DNA of 63,307 bases, filler included, from Craspedostauros australis (lineage: Eukaryota), in NCBI GenBank assembly GCA_030167865.1. It is 11 parts of 11 records of this genome, joined end to end, with 100 filler letters (N's around TTAATTAATTAA, not from the genome) between each part and the next. Parts side by side here need not be neighbours in the genome. Positions count along the whole stretch, not along the records: positions 37,783 to 39,075 come from JALAGF010006313.1; positions 39,176 to 45,518 come from JALAGF010006314.1; positions 45,619 to 47,164 come from JALAGF010006316.1; positions 47,265 to 50,852 come from JALAGF010006317.1; 7 more parts are not named here. One strand, 5' to 3'. The notes beneath the pieces were generated by a model. The model saw only the letters and a program-made list of their open reading frames with translations, searched no databases and was not told the origin of the DNA. Below, in pieces: positions 37,785 through 50,852 of the stretch (position 1 is its first letter; each line of letters opens with the position of its first letter). A program made the translations under genes and the position numbers.

Positions 37785-39075
37785 CCATGATGTCTCCGAC
37801 GTTGAGGGGTTCATCCTCGTAGACGATCCCGTCGAAGAGGTTGTCTTCGTCGGTGTAATCGTCTTCCTCGCTTGATGGGAAGTGCTCGCGGTTGATAGTC
37901 TCAACTGCAGCAACTGGGGGCCCGTAGTATCCGTACACACTTGGGGTGTGGGCCTCTCGTTCCTCTTCAGAGTACTTGTCCTCTTCTTCGAGGTCGAGTC
38001 CGGTCATGTCTTCGTCGGTGGTTGCGAGAGCCATGTCGTTGATGGACGGCTCGTGGTGCGCCATGTTGGTGGTGTTGATTGTTTGGTTTTTCTTGATGTT
38101 CGTGATTTCGTCGATTGTCACGATTCTTGGGTTGGTCACATTTTTGACCTCAACGGGGTCGCTTTTGGCCTCGTCGGTGGGGAAACACACCAGTTCTTCG
38201 TTGTTGACCGACTTGTCTTCGTCGGGTAACCACATGGATTCGTCGGTCATCACTAGACCGATCTCGTCTTCTTCGTCGTCAGCGGGCATCCACATGGGTT
38301 CATCTACCACGACGAACGCGGTGTTGTCTGCCGCAGCGTCTTCGGGTAGCCACATCGGTTCTTCGACCATCACGAGGGCGACGTCGTCTGTTCCGTCCAT
38401 GCCGTCGGTGGCCACGTTGGCGGCGTCGGCTGCTCTCATCGCTGCCTTCAACTTGAAGCACTCGAGGATCTTGTGTCCCTTCTTACCGCAGTACTTGNNN
38501 NNNNNNNNNNNNNNNNNNNNNNNNNNNNNNNNNNNNNNNNNNNNNNNNNNNNNGGGCTTGCCTCCTTTGTTCTTAGGCGCAGAGCGGCAGTCAGCCTTCT
38601 TGTGCCCGTAGGCGCCGCAGTTGCGGCAGTGGCCCTTGAAACCACCAGTGGCGGCGAGAGCCATTTCTTCCTTGCTATTGTGCTCGCGCTTACTACCTCC
38701 TTGCTTGATGTGACGTGCGTCGTAGGTTGCACTCACTGCTTCGCGGATGTCTTCGATGGTCATCTGNNNNNNNNNNNNNNNNNNNNNNNNNNNNNNNNNN
38801 NNNNNNNNNNNNNNNNCTTGCCTCCTTTGTTCTTAGGCGCAGAGCGGCAGTCAGCCTTCTTGTGCCCGTAGGCGCCACAGTTGCGGCAGTGGCCCTTGAA
38901 CCCACCTGTGGCGGCGAGTGCCATTTCTTCCTTGCTATGGTTCTCGCGCTTACTACCACCTTGCTTGATGTGACGTGCGTTGTAGGTTGCGCTCACTGCT
39001 TCGCGGATGTCTTCGATAGTCATCTGCTTTTCGATGTTCTCGAACTTGAGCTCGATGAGCTTCACATCCATTTCG
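37785..39075 (-). mobile_element. Copia gag fragment with zinc knuckles and acidic extension (partly duplicated across gaps)
   Basis: 'HCRNCGAYGHKKADC', 'YCGKKGHKILEC'; homologous to 7550-8810. Confidence 0.8.
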
Positions 39076-39978
39076 NNNNNNNNNNNNNNNNNNNNNNNNN
39101 NNNNNNNNNNNNNNNNNNNTTAATTAATTAANNNNNNNNNNNNNNNNNNNNNNNNNNNNNNNNNNNNNNNNNNNNCAAGACAAAATTAGGAAGATGATCC
39201 AAGAGGATCAAAGAGACTCTATTAGACCTCCAAACATGTGTCATAGCACATGTTTGGATACAGATACACTAATTAGCAGGAGTAACCAGCAGTTTGGCAT
39301 GGTTACAACACGATGGACAATGGTGAATAGCACCATTAGTGGAGCCAAGAAGTAGAAAACAGGAAGATGATGAGCTNNNNNNNNNNNNNNNNNNNNNNNN
39401 NNNNNNNNNNNNNNNNNNNNNNNNNNNNNNNNNNNNNNNNNNNNNNNNNNNNNNNNNNNNNNNNNNNNNNNNNNNNNNNNNNNNNNNNNNNNNNNNNNNN
39501 NNNNNNNNNNNNNNNNNNNNNNNNNNNNNNNNNNGCTGGTGATTGTGTGAAGGTGGCACCTCACACGGACTCGAATGACAAGATCCGTGACCTGGGCGTA
39601 TGTCATGTTGAGTTTGCAATGAAGCAGACCACGGATGGCACTACAATCAAACGTGATGGACCTCTTGCACCAGGAGAGGTGGCAATGGTCATGGTGACCC
39701 CAGTGATGGGGCAGAGCCGAATGTACATTGTTTGTGAGGATCTGTGCGCGCCACACAGCCTTGCTACCTTCGCACGGACTCCAAACGCTGGTGGCCTTGC
39801 TAAGCCTTCCCTCCTTTCTCCNNNNNNNNNNNNNNNNNNNNNNNNNNNNNNNNNNNNNNNNNNNNNNNNNNNNNNNNNNNNNNNNNNNNNNNNNNNNNNN
39901 NNNNNNNNNNNNNNNNNNNNNNNNNNNNNNNNNNNNNNNNNNNNNNNNNNNNNNNNNNNNNNNNNNNNNNNNNNNNAG

Positions 39979-42019
39979 ATGAAGAGAGGCGCGAAAACAA
40001 AAGGATGGTTGCGAAAGGATGGAGGGCGTACCAACACTAAGCCCACCAATACAAAGAAACAACTTCGCACAGATGAACATCAAAACTACATCGTTCTCTA
40101 TTTCAATTTGGGTGGGATCCCAGCCAACATGAAATTGATCGCCCACGCATGGGATATTGGCACTNNNNNNNNNNNNNNNNNNNNNNNNNNNNNNNNNNNN
40201 NNNNNNNNNNNNNNTCAACAACAAGGCTGAGCCCCCAACACCATCCCCCACTACCACGGAATCGCAAGAAGCCAAAATCGCAGCTTTTCTCGAGGTCTTG
40301 CGGCAGCAGAAGGCAACAGCAATCGCCCGTCTCAACAAGCAGATGAAGAGAGGCGCGAAAACAAAAGGATGGNNNNNNNNNNNNNNNNNNNNNNNNNNNN
40401 NNNNNNNNNNNNNNNNNNNNNNNNNNNNNNNNNNNNNNNNNNNNNNNNNNNNNNNNNNNNNNNNNNNNNATTTGGGTGGGATCCCAGCCAACATGAAATT
40501 GATCGCCCACGCATGGGATATTGGCACTAGCACTGTCGATCGCAACATCAAGAAATTCCAACAGAACAACCTGGAACGGAAGAAGCGCAGCGATGCGGGC
40601 AGCACCATCTTCACCTGCTCCAAGAAGCAACAGCAATACTTCACGCCGCGTGCCATCTTCGCAAAGCAACTGCGGCTTAAGCATCCAAGACAACGGTTGA
40701 CGACTGAGGACATCTCTTATGCCTTTGACCATGCTTCGCCTGAAGAGCTGNCATCCGCAAAATCCCTGTCTGATTCGTGGTTGGAGCGTGGTCCCTTCCT
40801 GCAAGTTGAGCTCCAGGATGTGTTGCGACGATGCAATGGCGCAATCTCGTGAGACGATGTTGCACGCGAACTAGCAGGAAACAGCAACATCCAATGCGTC
40901 TGCAAAGACACCATCCAAACATACGTGATGGGATTGGAGGGCAGCAAATACCGTTCTACAGCAATACTCCCCAAGATCAAGGGCGACACGAAGGCAAAGC
41001 GCGAGATCTGGGCCAAGGACTTCTGTGTGTTCTGGGAAGCAGCTGAGCAGTTCGAGAATACNNNNNNNNNNNNNNNNNNNNNNNNNNNNNNNNNNNNNNN
41101 NNNNNNNNNNNNNNNNNNNNNNNNNNNNNNNNNNNNNNNNNNNNNNNNNNNNNNNNNNNNNNNNNNNNNNNNNNNNNNNNNNNNNNNNNNNNNNNNNNNN
41201 NNNNNNNNNNNNNNNNNNNNNNNNNNNNNNNNNNNNNNNNNNNNNNNNNNNNNNNNNNNNNNNNNGGTCAGCTTCGAACGTGTTGGGCGCAAGGTTCGAG
41301 CGCAAAAGACTACATACAAGCGAACTTGGGTCTCGCCAACCAAGTACAAGCACCTTCCTGACAAGAACAAAATCTCTCGCAAGAAGGGTGAACTGTACTT
41401 TCAACCACTGGAAATCACAGGCAGCAAGGAAACAGATGGCCATTGTGTTAAGCCCAAGCCGAAATACAGCCTCAAGAAATTCTTCCGCGAAAAAGAACTC
41501 CCAGCACTGGATTCGCTTGCCAGCAAAATCAAGGCCGAAACGGGAAAAAACGTGGTGATTCGGTACCAGATGGATGGCGCAGGGCCACACAGAGACACAG
41601 AACTGCTCAGGTTCATCAATGAGGAGTTCGACAGTCGCGGGTGGCACCTCCGATTTCAACCATCGAATTCTCCCATCACGAACGTGAAAGACGATACGAT
41701 ATTCCCAGCGATGTCGAAACACGTGTCAGCGCATCAAGGTAAGCACAACGGGAGTCGCATGTTCACCACTGATGCGTTGTGGGGTGCTTGCAAAACCTGT
41801 TGGGAGCAATTTGGGCTGGACAAGGTGGCTTGCGCGTATGTTCGCCACCATCAGATTGCCTACGCAATTTGTGCTGCGGAAGGAGGTGACGAATTTGTGA
41901 CGGAGCACAAGGGCCTGAGCATGAACGTGCGGAAGCAAACGTTCACCGAAACTGACAAGAACGGCAACGAGATCGGTGTGACTGTCTCACACGGACTTCA
42001 CGTTGGAGGAGGAGGATGA
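39979..42019 (+). pseudogene. Tc1/mariner-superfamily transposase, plant-mariner-like, with in-frame stop
   Basis: HTH-like 'IAHAWDIGTSTVDRNIKK', 'RKKRSDAG', catalytic 'YQMDGAGPH...QPSNSPITNVKD'. Stop at ~40850; the first catalytic Asp falls in an N gap. Confidence 0.8.
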
Positions 42020-43010
42020 GGCAACCAACAATGCTTCCAAGAAACCAACTGCAACAGGCAAGAAAGACGAATCAGCTGGCTTCAAATACGCCAAGCCCAA
42101 CATCAAAGGTATGTACAATGATGCGCTCAAGGTGATGGCTGTCAGTGGTCTGCAATGCCTTAAAACGAACCTGCGAACAACCAGCAGCCTCATTCCGTTG
42201 CTGGAGAAGCAAATCGTCGCGACCACCAGAGCCAATGAGGAGGCTGAGCAACAGAAGAAAGGCAAGAAGAGAAAGAAGATGCCCAGCAAGAGCAAAGCCA
42301 ACATCATTGAGCCTCGCAACAACAACAGCAAAGCCAAAGCAGCACCCACCATGAACACATTCGAAGTGGCCATGTTCGTTGGCAAGACCGAGCATCACAG
42401 CAAAGCAGAGCAGGATGCCAACACAGCAGAGATGTAACTGCAAATTGTATTAGTAGTGATTATATGTTATAGGCACACCTGTGATTGGAGTGCCTATGTG
42501 CGCATCGTCTGCTTGATGGCATGGAGGATTGTGGTGTGATGTGTTGTGTTTGAGTTTTTTTGTGACGAGGACCGTAATTTTTGTGTCGCGGTTGGTGCGC
42601 GTCGCCACACGATCGGTGTGTTGTGTCGCGGAGCCGTCACGTTGTGTTGTGGCACGGTCCGCGTGTGTTGCGGCGCGATTGGTGTGTGCTGCACAGCCAT
42701 CACGTTGTGTCGCGAAGCAAGGGCCACGTGCTGCGAGACGCACTCACATCTTGTGTTGTGAGTGGTTTCGCATGACGTCGAATCCGTCCTGTGACGTAGG
42801 GGACGGATCATGGAGGGACAACACGAAATAGCTCTAAATGTACAATCGCCGTTGCTCCCAAAAGCAAGCAAACCAGTGGCAACAAGGGGCCAAAACTCTA
42901 CAACTAGTGCTATCGTGACCCCATTTTACATTCTCTGCAGCTAGTACTTCTGAGGGCGATGGCAGTGGCGCTGACTGTGGCACTCACAGAGACCATCCCG
43001 CACAAGCGTT

Positions 43011-45029
43011 TCAAGCGGTGTAGATTTGAAGCTCGGGTGGGCCGTCTTTGGCCAGTTTCTGCTTCTCTTCTGGTGTGAGATAGTTGACGAAGCGGATGCC
43101 TCGATCCGTGTCTACAAGACCGATCCGCGTGGCCGCTTCTGCCCAGTACTGTTTTCCAGCACCGGAACTGGAGCGCTTTGTCGTCGAGAGGCGGCTGAAC
43201 TCTTCGATGACTTCTGTGGGCAACTCGCTGCATGCTCTGCTCTGCATGTGCGATTTGTACATGTTCTGCGCAGCCTGATATATCCCTCGGATGCATCCGG
43301 GGAAGTAGGAGGCGCCACGGCCGCGATATCCCAATGGCAAATTCTTGCAGTGGCGGCAACGCATCCCAACTTGACCGTGCGCGACGGGATTGTTGCTTCC
43401 TCGTGAGCGCACGTTGGGCTCGTGCTCTCCAGAGATGAAAACCTCGATCTGGAGGCGGAGTAATACTTGGTTCGGGGTGAGCCGTTTGTAATCTGACAGC
43501 AGGCAGAGAATGCGTGGCAGTTCGCGCATCTGGCTGTCGACGCTTGGAATTGCTTCGTTGGTGGGGCTTGTGTTGGATGTGGACTCGAGGTCTCGTGAAA
43601 GGAAATCCTTGGTCAGTTTCAGCTGGAGTTCGTAGTCGGGGTGTCTGTACAACCCTGGTCGACCTGGGTTGAGCATGTCGATATCAATCGTGTTGCAAGG
43701 TGAGAGGAAGTGGGGCAGGCCGGCATTTTGTGCCCAGATCTCTGCTGTCGATGACGCCTTTTCTTGTGATGCCGCCACTGGGTCAGGAATTGACGATCGC
43801 TCCGCTTCAGTATCATCTGCGTTGTTCTGGGTTGATCCCTCGGTGGCCAACGGTGGTGATGAAGCTGCGGATGAAGCACTAGATTGGTCGTCCAAGTGCT
43901 CATCTCCCACGGTTGCATCGCTTTGTGCTGGTTCCTTATGCTCGATGGGTCTGTCAGAAGTCGTTGCGAGTGTTGTTGGTGGCGCGGCCATCGTCGGTGG
44001 CGTTGGCCGTGGCGATGCTCGTGCATGAGGAGTCGGCACAAGCACAGACACAGGCACAAGAGCTTGCGGCGCAGGCCGTCGATACGTCACATCGCGTGTC
44101 TGGTTAGCGAAATGCGTCGGCGGAAGCCGCCTCACGCAGATTCGTTGCTGTGGTGGCTGAATGTAACGAATCTCTCGCACGTTGCTTGCGGGCACCTGAG
44201 CGTACACCTCAGATTCGTTGGGAGGTGGGCCTCGAACGATGGAGAAGTTGTCCTGCGTGCGTGCATTCGTTGGTGGCAAAGAATGCATGACGGAATAGGT
44301 ATGGGGGTGTCCTGGCGCCCCAGATGGATAGGTCAGAGTCGGCGCAAATGGCTCATTCAGAACGTTCGGCTGGAAAGAGGCTGGAGCTGGAAGGTACAGC
44401 TCCCCCCTTTCTCCAACAAGAAGCTGCTGGGCAGGCATTGGAGCTGGACGGAGTATAACAATTCTTGGGCTGCTGTCTCTGCTCTGCCCGTATGGCTCTG
44501 CGAAGGCTTGGTGATGGAACGAAGAAGGAACAACCAGATTTTCGTTTGCCTGGTATGCTTGGTGCCCTGTTGCGATATGTGGCTGTGCAGCGTAGCTGTA
44601 TGCTTCGGGCATAACATGCTCTATCAATTCATGCGGTCCTGCACCATCATAGTGCTCCACAGTCAGAGACCTCACAGTATCCGAGATGGCGCCGTATTGA
44701 TTCGCCTGCGGTGTTCCCGTTGCTGCATTTTCCGTTGGTCTGACGTGTTCGGGTTGGTGGTAGTGGTGTTGCTGATGATGGAGGTACGGCTGGTACTGCT
44801 GGTGCTGTTGGGGTTGGCGGTGTTGGTTTGGAGTGCCTGGGTTTGAATGAAATCGCACACTCGGTGAAAAGGGTGGGGGCGCCGCTTCACCGGGGCGAGA
44901 AGCAGCGAGATCTCGCCGTACCTTCTTCGTCTTCTGTCGAGAGGGGCCGTGTTGCTGGCGACCTTCGGAGCAAGAAGGGAAATGAGAATGCAGAATATAC
45001 CCATGCGATTCGAGATGCAGGGTAGGCAT
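43011..45029 (-). CDS. Diatom-type protein with a C-terminal Cys/His domain (putative nucleic-acid or zinc binding) after a long Pro/Gln-rich disordered region
   Basis: 'RLQIEVF...GQVGMRCRHC...GASYFP...GIYQAAQNM...C...GKQYWAEAA...GLVD...GIRF' resembles a motif pattern I recall from diatom hypothetical proteins. Start and introns are uncertain. Confidence 0.75.
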   Translation of the reverse strand: MPTLHLESHGYILHSHFPSCSEGRQQHGPSRQKTKKVRRDLAASRPGEAAPPPFSPSVRFHSNPGTPNQHRQPQQHQQYQPYLHHQQHHYHQPEHVRPTENAATGTPQANQYGAISDTVRSLTVEHYDGAGPHELIEHVMPEAYSYAAQPHIATGHQAYQANENLVVPSSFHHQAFAEPYGQSRDSSPRIVILRPAPMPAQQLLVGERGELYLPAPASFQPNVLNEPFAPTLTYPSGAPGHPHTYSVMHSLPPTNARTQDNFSIVRGPPPNESEVYAQVPASNVREIRYIQPPQQRICVRRLPPTHFANQTRDVTYRRPAPQALVPVSVLVPTPHARASPRPTPPTMAAPPTTLATTSDRPIEHKEPAQSDATVGDEHLDDQSSASSAASSPPLATEGSTQNNADDTEAERSSIPDPVAASQEKASSTAEIWAQNAGLPHFLSPCNTIDIDMLNPGRPGLYRHPDYELQLKLTKDFLSRDLESTSNTSPTNEAIPSVDSQMRELPRILCLLSDYKRLTPNQVLLRLQIEVFISGEHEPNVRSRGSNNPVAHGQVGMRCRHCKNLPLGYRGRGASYFPGCIRGIYQAAQNMYKSHMQSRACSELPTEVIEEFSRLSTTKRSSSGAGKQYWAEAATRIGLVDTDRGIRFVNYLTPEEKQKLAKDGPPELQIYTA

Positions 45030-45619
45030 GGCAAAGCACGGTGAGGCGAAGTAAGGCAAGGCCAGAAGAAATGAACGGGGTGATCGTTATACACATGAAG
45101 TCAAACGGGTTGTCGCGGACGAGAGGATGGGAGGATCAGGGCTCAGTCAAGCAAGATCCTCCAACACCGGTATCCGTACGAGTACTTGCGAGTGTGCAGA
45201 TGCAACATTCGCCGAACCCTTCGCATGATCCGAGACCGTGCAATCGTGATCGTAGTCATCAGTCTTACCATGACATGCGTCCCGTTTCGGAGCTCTGAGT
45301 GAAACGCTCCCATCAGCATCGGCGTTGGTGGCCATGGTATGCATGCGTGGTTCGTTCCATCGAGGATCTGCAGTCCCCACTTCCGCGTCGACTCGGCGCG
45401 CTCCTTGCTCATCGTACTGAACGCTGGGTGCTCGTGTTCGTCCTCTTGGTGCTTCCATGGCTCTGGCAACTGGTTGCATCACAATTGGTCTCGGGAAAGC
45501 CAAAGCCGGTTGCCGGTTNNNNNNNNNNNNNNNNNNNNNNNNNNNNNNNNNNNNNNNNNNNNTTAATTAATTAANNNNNNNNNNNNNNNNNNNNNNNNNN
45601 NNNNNNNNNNNNNNNNNNC

Positions 45620-47164
45620 ATGTTGTTCTACAACATGCAGAACAGGTACTTGTACTCTGTTCTGAGCCTCCATGTCAAGACTTCGCGTGGCGACCAACTC
45701 CTCCGCAAGCATCAAGCGAGCAAGGACGGTCGAGCTGTGTATCAGAGTCTCGTAGAGATTTACACCAATGGTGTCAACGGTGAAAGCGCGGCAATGGCAC
45801 TTCGTGCTCGCATCGCCTCTTTCACCTTGGATAACAGCTGGAAGAAGAACCGCGAGAACTTCGTGGACACCTGGCAGGGAATCATCTCCGATATCGAAGA
45901 TATGGAAGATGANNNNNNNNNNNNNNNNNNNNNNNNNNNNNNNNNNNNNNNNNNNNNNNNNNNNNNNNNNNNNNNNCTCAATGCTCTCACGAGCACTTCC
46001 TACGTCCGCGACGAGATGCTCGCAGCCATGCCCTCCGGTTTCGAGATCAAGGCGGCTGGATTCGACCACCATCTCAACTCGGTTCGGATCCATGCACAAC
46101 GCCTCGATTCTTCCCACCCTCGTCAGACGCAAAAGCGTAACGTCAACAACGCTGCGACAGGGAAAGGAAAGGGTGGTTCTNNNNNNNNNNNNNNNNNNNN
46201 NNNNNNNNNNNNNNNNNNNNNNNNNNNNNNGAATCATCTCCGATATCGAAGATATGGAAGATGACGCTCTGCCGGACAACACGAAGAAGACGTGGTTGCA
46301 CAACTCGATTGCTCTGGACAAGGATCTCCTCAATGCTCTCACGAGCACTTCCTACGTCCGCGACGAGATGCTCGCAGCCATGCCCTCCGGTTTCGAGATC
46401 AAGGCGGCTGGATTCGANCACCATCTNAACTCGGTTCGGATCCATGCNCAACGCCTCGATTCTTCCCACCCTCGTCAGACNCAAAAGCGNAACGTCAACA
46501 ACGCTGCGACAGGGAAAGGAAAGGGTGGTTCTTCGGGCAAGTCTCCTGCCAAAGGCAACGGCAAGACTTACACCAACGACAAGCGCGGCCGCATTCCAAA
46601 TGAGGAATGGGCAACCATGTCTTGGGCCCAGAAGAAGGACTACATGCACAACAACCCCTCCCGTAGTGCTGGCAAGGGCGACACCTCGCATGCCGCTAAT
46701 AAAGCCAAGTCCTCGGGTAACTCTTCGTCCACTCCGGCGACCAACGCTCCCGCTTCCTCCGACGCTGGCGGCAATGCGGATTCAAAGGGCGGTCCTCCGG
46801 GATCTGCTATCAACCGCATGCTCGCGCAGGCTCGTCAGTCTGGTCANNNNNNNNNNNNNNNNNNNNNNNNNNNNNNNNNNNNNNNNNNNNNNNNNNNNNN
46901 NNNNNNNNNNNNNNNNNNNNNNNNNNNNNNNNNNNNNNNNNNGACGGGTGCGCTCGTCGACAGTGGCGCCAATGGCGGCCTCGCTGGCGACGACGTGCTA
47001 GTTCTGTGCAAGACGGGCACCACGGCAGACGTGAGCGGCATTGGTGATTCCACCATTGCGAGTCTGGACATTGGTACGGCCGCGGCCCTGCTTCACACGA
47101 GCAGCGGCCCGATCATCGCCAAGTTCCATCAGTACGCTCTGTACGGGAAGGGCAAGTCCATCCA
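45620..47164 (+). mobile_element. Copia (CoDi-type) gag-protease fragment
   Basis: Gag-like helical region, then protease 'ALVDSGANGGLAGDD'; segment duplicated across gaps. Confidence 0.8.
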
Positions 47165-47264
47165 NNNNNNNNNNNNNNNNNNNNNNNNNNNNNNNNNNNN
47201 NNNNNNNNTTAATTAATTAANNNNNNNNNNNNNNNNNNNNNNNNNNNNNNNNNNNNNNNNNNNN

Positions 47265-50200
47265 AGGACTCCCACTCGCTTCAAGCGGGGGTCTCACACA
47301 GATCCAAGTGAACATCAGAGTCTCCGTCACAACGGTAACACAAGCGAAACACAGTCCCATGGATACACAGGCACCAGTCTAATTACCAACGCCTACCACA
47401 CCCTCGCAACAACCTTCGGTTTCCAACATGCCTTCGCCGCACCCCACAAGGTGGAAGGCATCATCCCTCAAGACGGCTCCTTCGATGTGGTATGGGACAC
47501 CGGCGCCTCCATCTGTGTGACCAACGATATTAACGACTTCGTGGGCCCTACGTCTGCTCCAACCTCGCCAACCTTCCTCAACGGGTTTCTTCGCCGCACC
47601 AAGGTAAAGACGAAAGGCAGGGTTGAATGGTCCATCCTCGACGTCGACGGCAACCCTCGATCCTTATCCCTTCCGGCTTTCTATGTGCCGGAGTCCTCAG
47701 TCAAGCTCATCAGCACCGCATGCCTCCTTAATGAATACAAAGGGGAGAATATTGTCGTGGAAGCGAACAACATCCAGCTGAGCGGCATCCCTGGAAACGA
47801 CGAACGAGGTCCCATCATCGCCCACAACAAGAAATCGAACAACCTTCCGACATCACGTGCATATCGCACTGGCGACCTCACCGAACTCCCAGCGGCACTC
47901 GCCACAACTGTAACTTCCGTGGCAGAGCAGAACCAAAACCTATCTCAACCGCAGAAGGAGCTGCTCAAGTGGCACTATCGACTCGGGCACCTCTCCTTCA
48001 GACGAGTGCAGTTCCTACTCCGATCCGGCGCCCTCGTCAACACTGAGGCATCACGGAAGATGCAAACAGCTGCCGCCCGCGTACAAGAATGCCCACTGTG
48101 TGCGGCTTGCCAATTTGGCAAACAACACCGCAGAACCACACCAGGCACAACGCAACACGCCGTCCAAGACCGACAGGGTGTGATAAAAACAGATCACCTC
48201 TTCCCGGGTCAGCAAGTCTCAGTGGACCACTTCGTGGGACGCACCTTGGGCCGCCTCTTCACAGGAAGAGGCAAGTCCGATGCGTCGGAGATGTACAAGG
48301 GTGGCGCAATGTTCGTGGACCACGCGTCCGGCTACATACATGTGGAGCCAGTCGCATCCCTCACGACCCACGCTACGTTGGAAGCCAAGGAACGCTTCGA
48401 ATCCATGTGCCGCGATGTGGGTGTGCCTGTGCGCTCGTACCTCTCTGACAACGCCACCACCTTTACATCGCCAGATTACGCCGAACACCTCAAACGGTTT
48501 CATCAAGTGCACCGCTTTGCTGGAGTCGGCGCTCACCATCACAACGGAGTGGCCGAGCGCAGCATCCGCACGATCATCTCTATGGCACGAACAATGATGA
48601 TGCATCAAAGCATTCATTGGCCTACGATGTTCGATGCCCAGCACTGGCCCATGGCCGTCGTCCATGCCGCTTACGTACACAATCGTGTACCAAGCGCAGC
48701 AACAGGACTCACGCCTTTGGATATTCTCTCGCGCACGCGCATGCCCCTGAAACAGCTACACAACCTACATGTGTGGGGCAGCCCCGTCTACGTCTTAAAC
48801 AAGGCGCTCGGCGACGGCCGCAAGATACCAAGATGGGAACCACGTGGGGAGCGCTATGTAAACATGGGACTCTCCNNNNNNNNNNNNNNNNNNNNNNNNN
48901 NNNNNNNNNNNNNNNNNNNNNNNNNNNNNNNNNNNNNNNNNNNNNNNNNNNNNGCTGACCTCCCAGACTACAATTCAACGGAATGGACACACATGTTCGG
49001 CGATACTACGTATCAAATACCGTTCGATGACGACGATATCATTGCTATGGAAGAGCGGGACATCGAGCGAGAGGATGAAACCGACCATCAGCGATTCCTT
49101 CCCTCACATGATGACGATCCGCCAGCAAAATTGTTGCCAGAAACGCCAAACACAAGAACCCCGATTGTGAGTGAACAAAATTCACCAACTCACATTTTGA
49201 GGCAACCTGTGACAACACACACGAAGGACGATATCACCCCAACTGACCAAGTGCAGCCACCTCAACAAATCAGTCGTTCGCCAACAACCACCGATACCAA
49301 CAAGCCGACGCCACCAATGCCGTCGACAGAGGGAGCCGAAGAGACTCCGACAAGTCTCCCTAAACCGTTGCCACCGACAGAGGGAGTTGCCAACGACAAC
49401 AGTGACGACGACGTGCAATCACCGATCAACTCTCCTCCAACTTCACCGCTGCGCAAACCCATCACTGCACCAACAGAACAACCGACGATTAGAAAGGCAA
49501 AGCCGCCTCCACTACGCCGCTCTGAACGCATCAACAAGCGCACACCACGAGAGCGACGGACCGTCGAGCGCCTCACCTACGACACCTTGGGCGGAAAAGT
49601 GGTTTGGGCCGACGACATCACACAACCATCCAAAACCAGCGCAAACGTAACCACCATCGCGACGAGTGAACCCAGCAAAGACCAAGCCGTGGAAGACATG
49701 AAGCACGCTCTCCAGACCTGTCGTGCGACACTCAGGCAGTACGTTACTCATCAAGATGGCGCAGTAACAAAGAAGGCCAATGCTCTGGTGCGCGATACTG
49801 ACTCCATGCTCCGAAATCTAGCAACAATCGACACCACAGAATTGACCCGGGAAGAACGGCGCTGGGCGCAGGGCGACCTCGAGATGGAGAGGATGCTTCG
49901 CATCCAACAACTCGAAATCCGAGCCAGAATGCGCCAAGAACAAGAGGACGCAGTGACAAGCGGAGGAGCGCCAACCAACGAACACCACATCCTAATGGCA
50001 AGTAATCCGCCCGAAACACTCGCGGATGACGACGATTCTTCTGACGATTCTGAGATGGGACCCACGGAGATGGCAACCCTGTGGACCCAACTTCCACGCG
50101 TTGTCCAATACATGGAACACTACTTCGACAATGTAGTGCGCTTCCGATTTCCGTCGAGGGACGCCCGCATGCAATGTCTCTACTACGCCATTCGCCGACT

Positions 50201-50852
50201 GATTGATACTCTCGACGACCTCATCCTTGCTGATGAATACGAACTGCCTGTCTCCTACTTTGACTTCATCCCACGGACGGAAGGAGAGCCATACACCCTT
50301 GAGCGAGCAATCGCGGCAGTCAACAGCGGCATGCGGCCGCCCGACGACAGCGAAAGACTGTACAACTTCATGACTCGAGCCAGCTGCGTTTGGAATATCG
50401 CCACACACAACGAACGCTACGAAGTCGCCCTACATCACCTGCTCGTCCAGCTCGGAGTGGCTCCGGCGATCCCACCGAACATCCCAGTCCCTCCAAGTGA
50501 GTTCGAGCCTCCTGAACGCACCGAGCATCATGCGATGGCAGCCATCCTCGACCGTGACAACAACGACAACGGCGAGCACAACGCTCTCATCACATACGAC
50601 CTACTCAGCTTCTTCACCAGCGGCGGTGACCTCAGCCTCACAGACCGATACTTCAGCTACAAGGCGTCAAAAGCCGACCCAGACACGCTTTCCTTCAACG
50701 AGGCAATGAACGACGACAACAAGAGTGAATGGATGGCCGCCGCACACAAGGAAATTCACGACCTCACGAAGAAAGGGACATGGATTGAGGTACCAAAGTC
50801 CTCCACCACCGACCGCATCTTTCCAGGCACGTGGGTATTCCGACGCAAGCGA
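47265..50852 (+). mobile_element. Copia (CoDi-type) pol: protease, integrase, long linker with extra domain, RT start; frame open
   Basis: 'VVWDTGASICVT'; 'WHYRLGHLSF...CAACQFGK'; DDE 'VSVDHF...YLSDNA...NGVAERSIR'; RT 'DPDTLSFNEAM...KEIHDL...GTWVFRRKR'. Confidence 0.95.
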
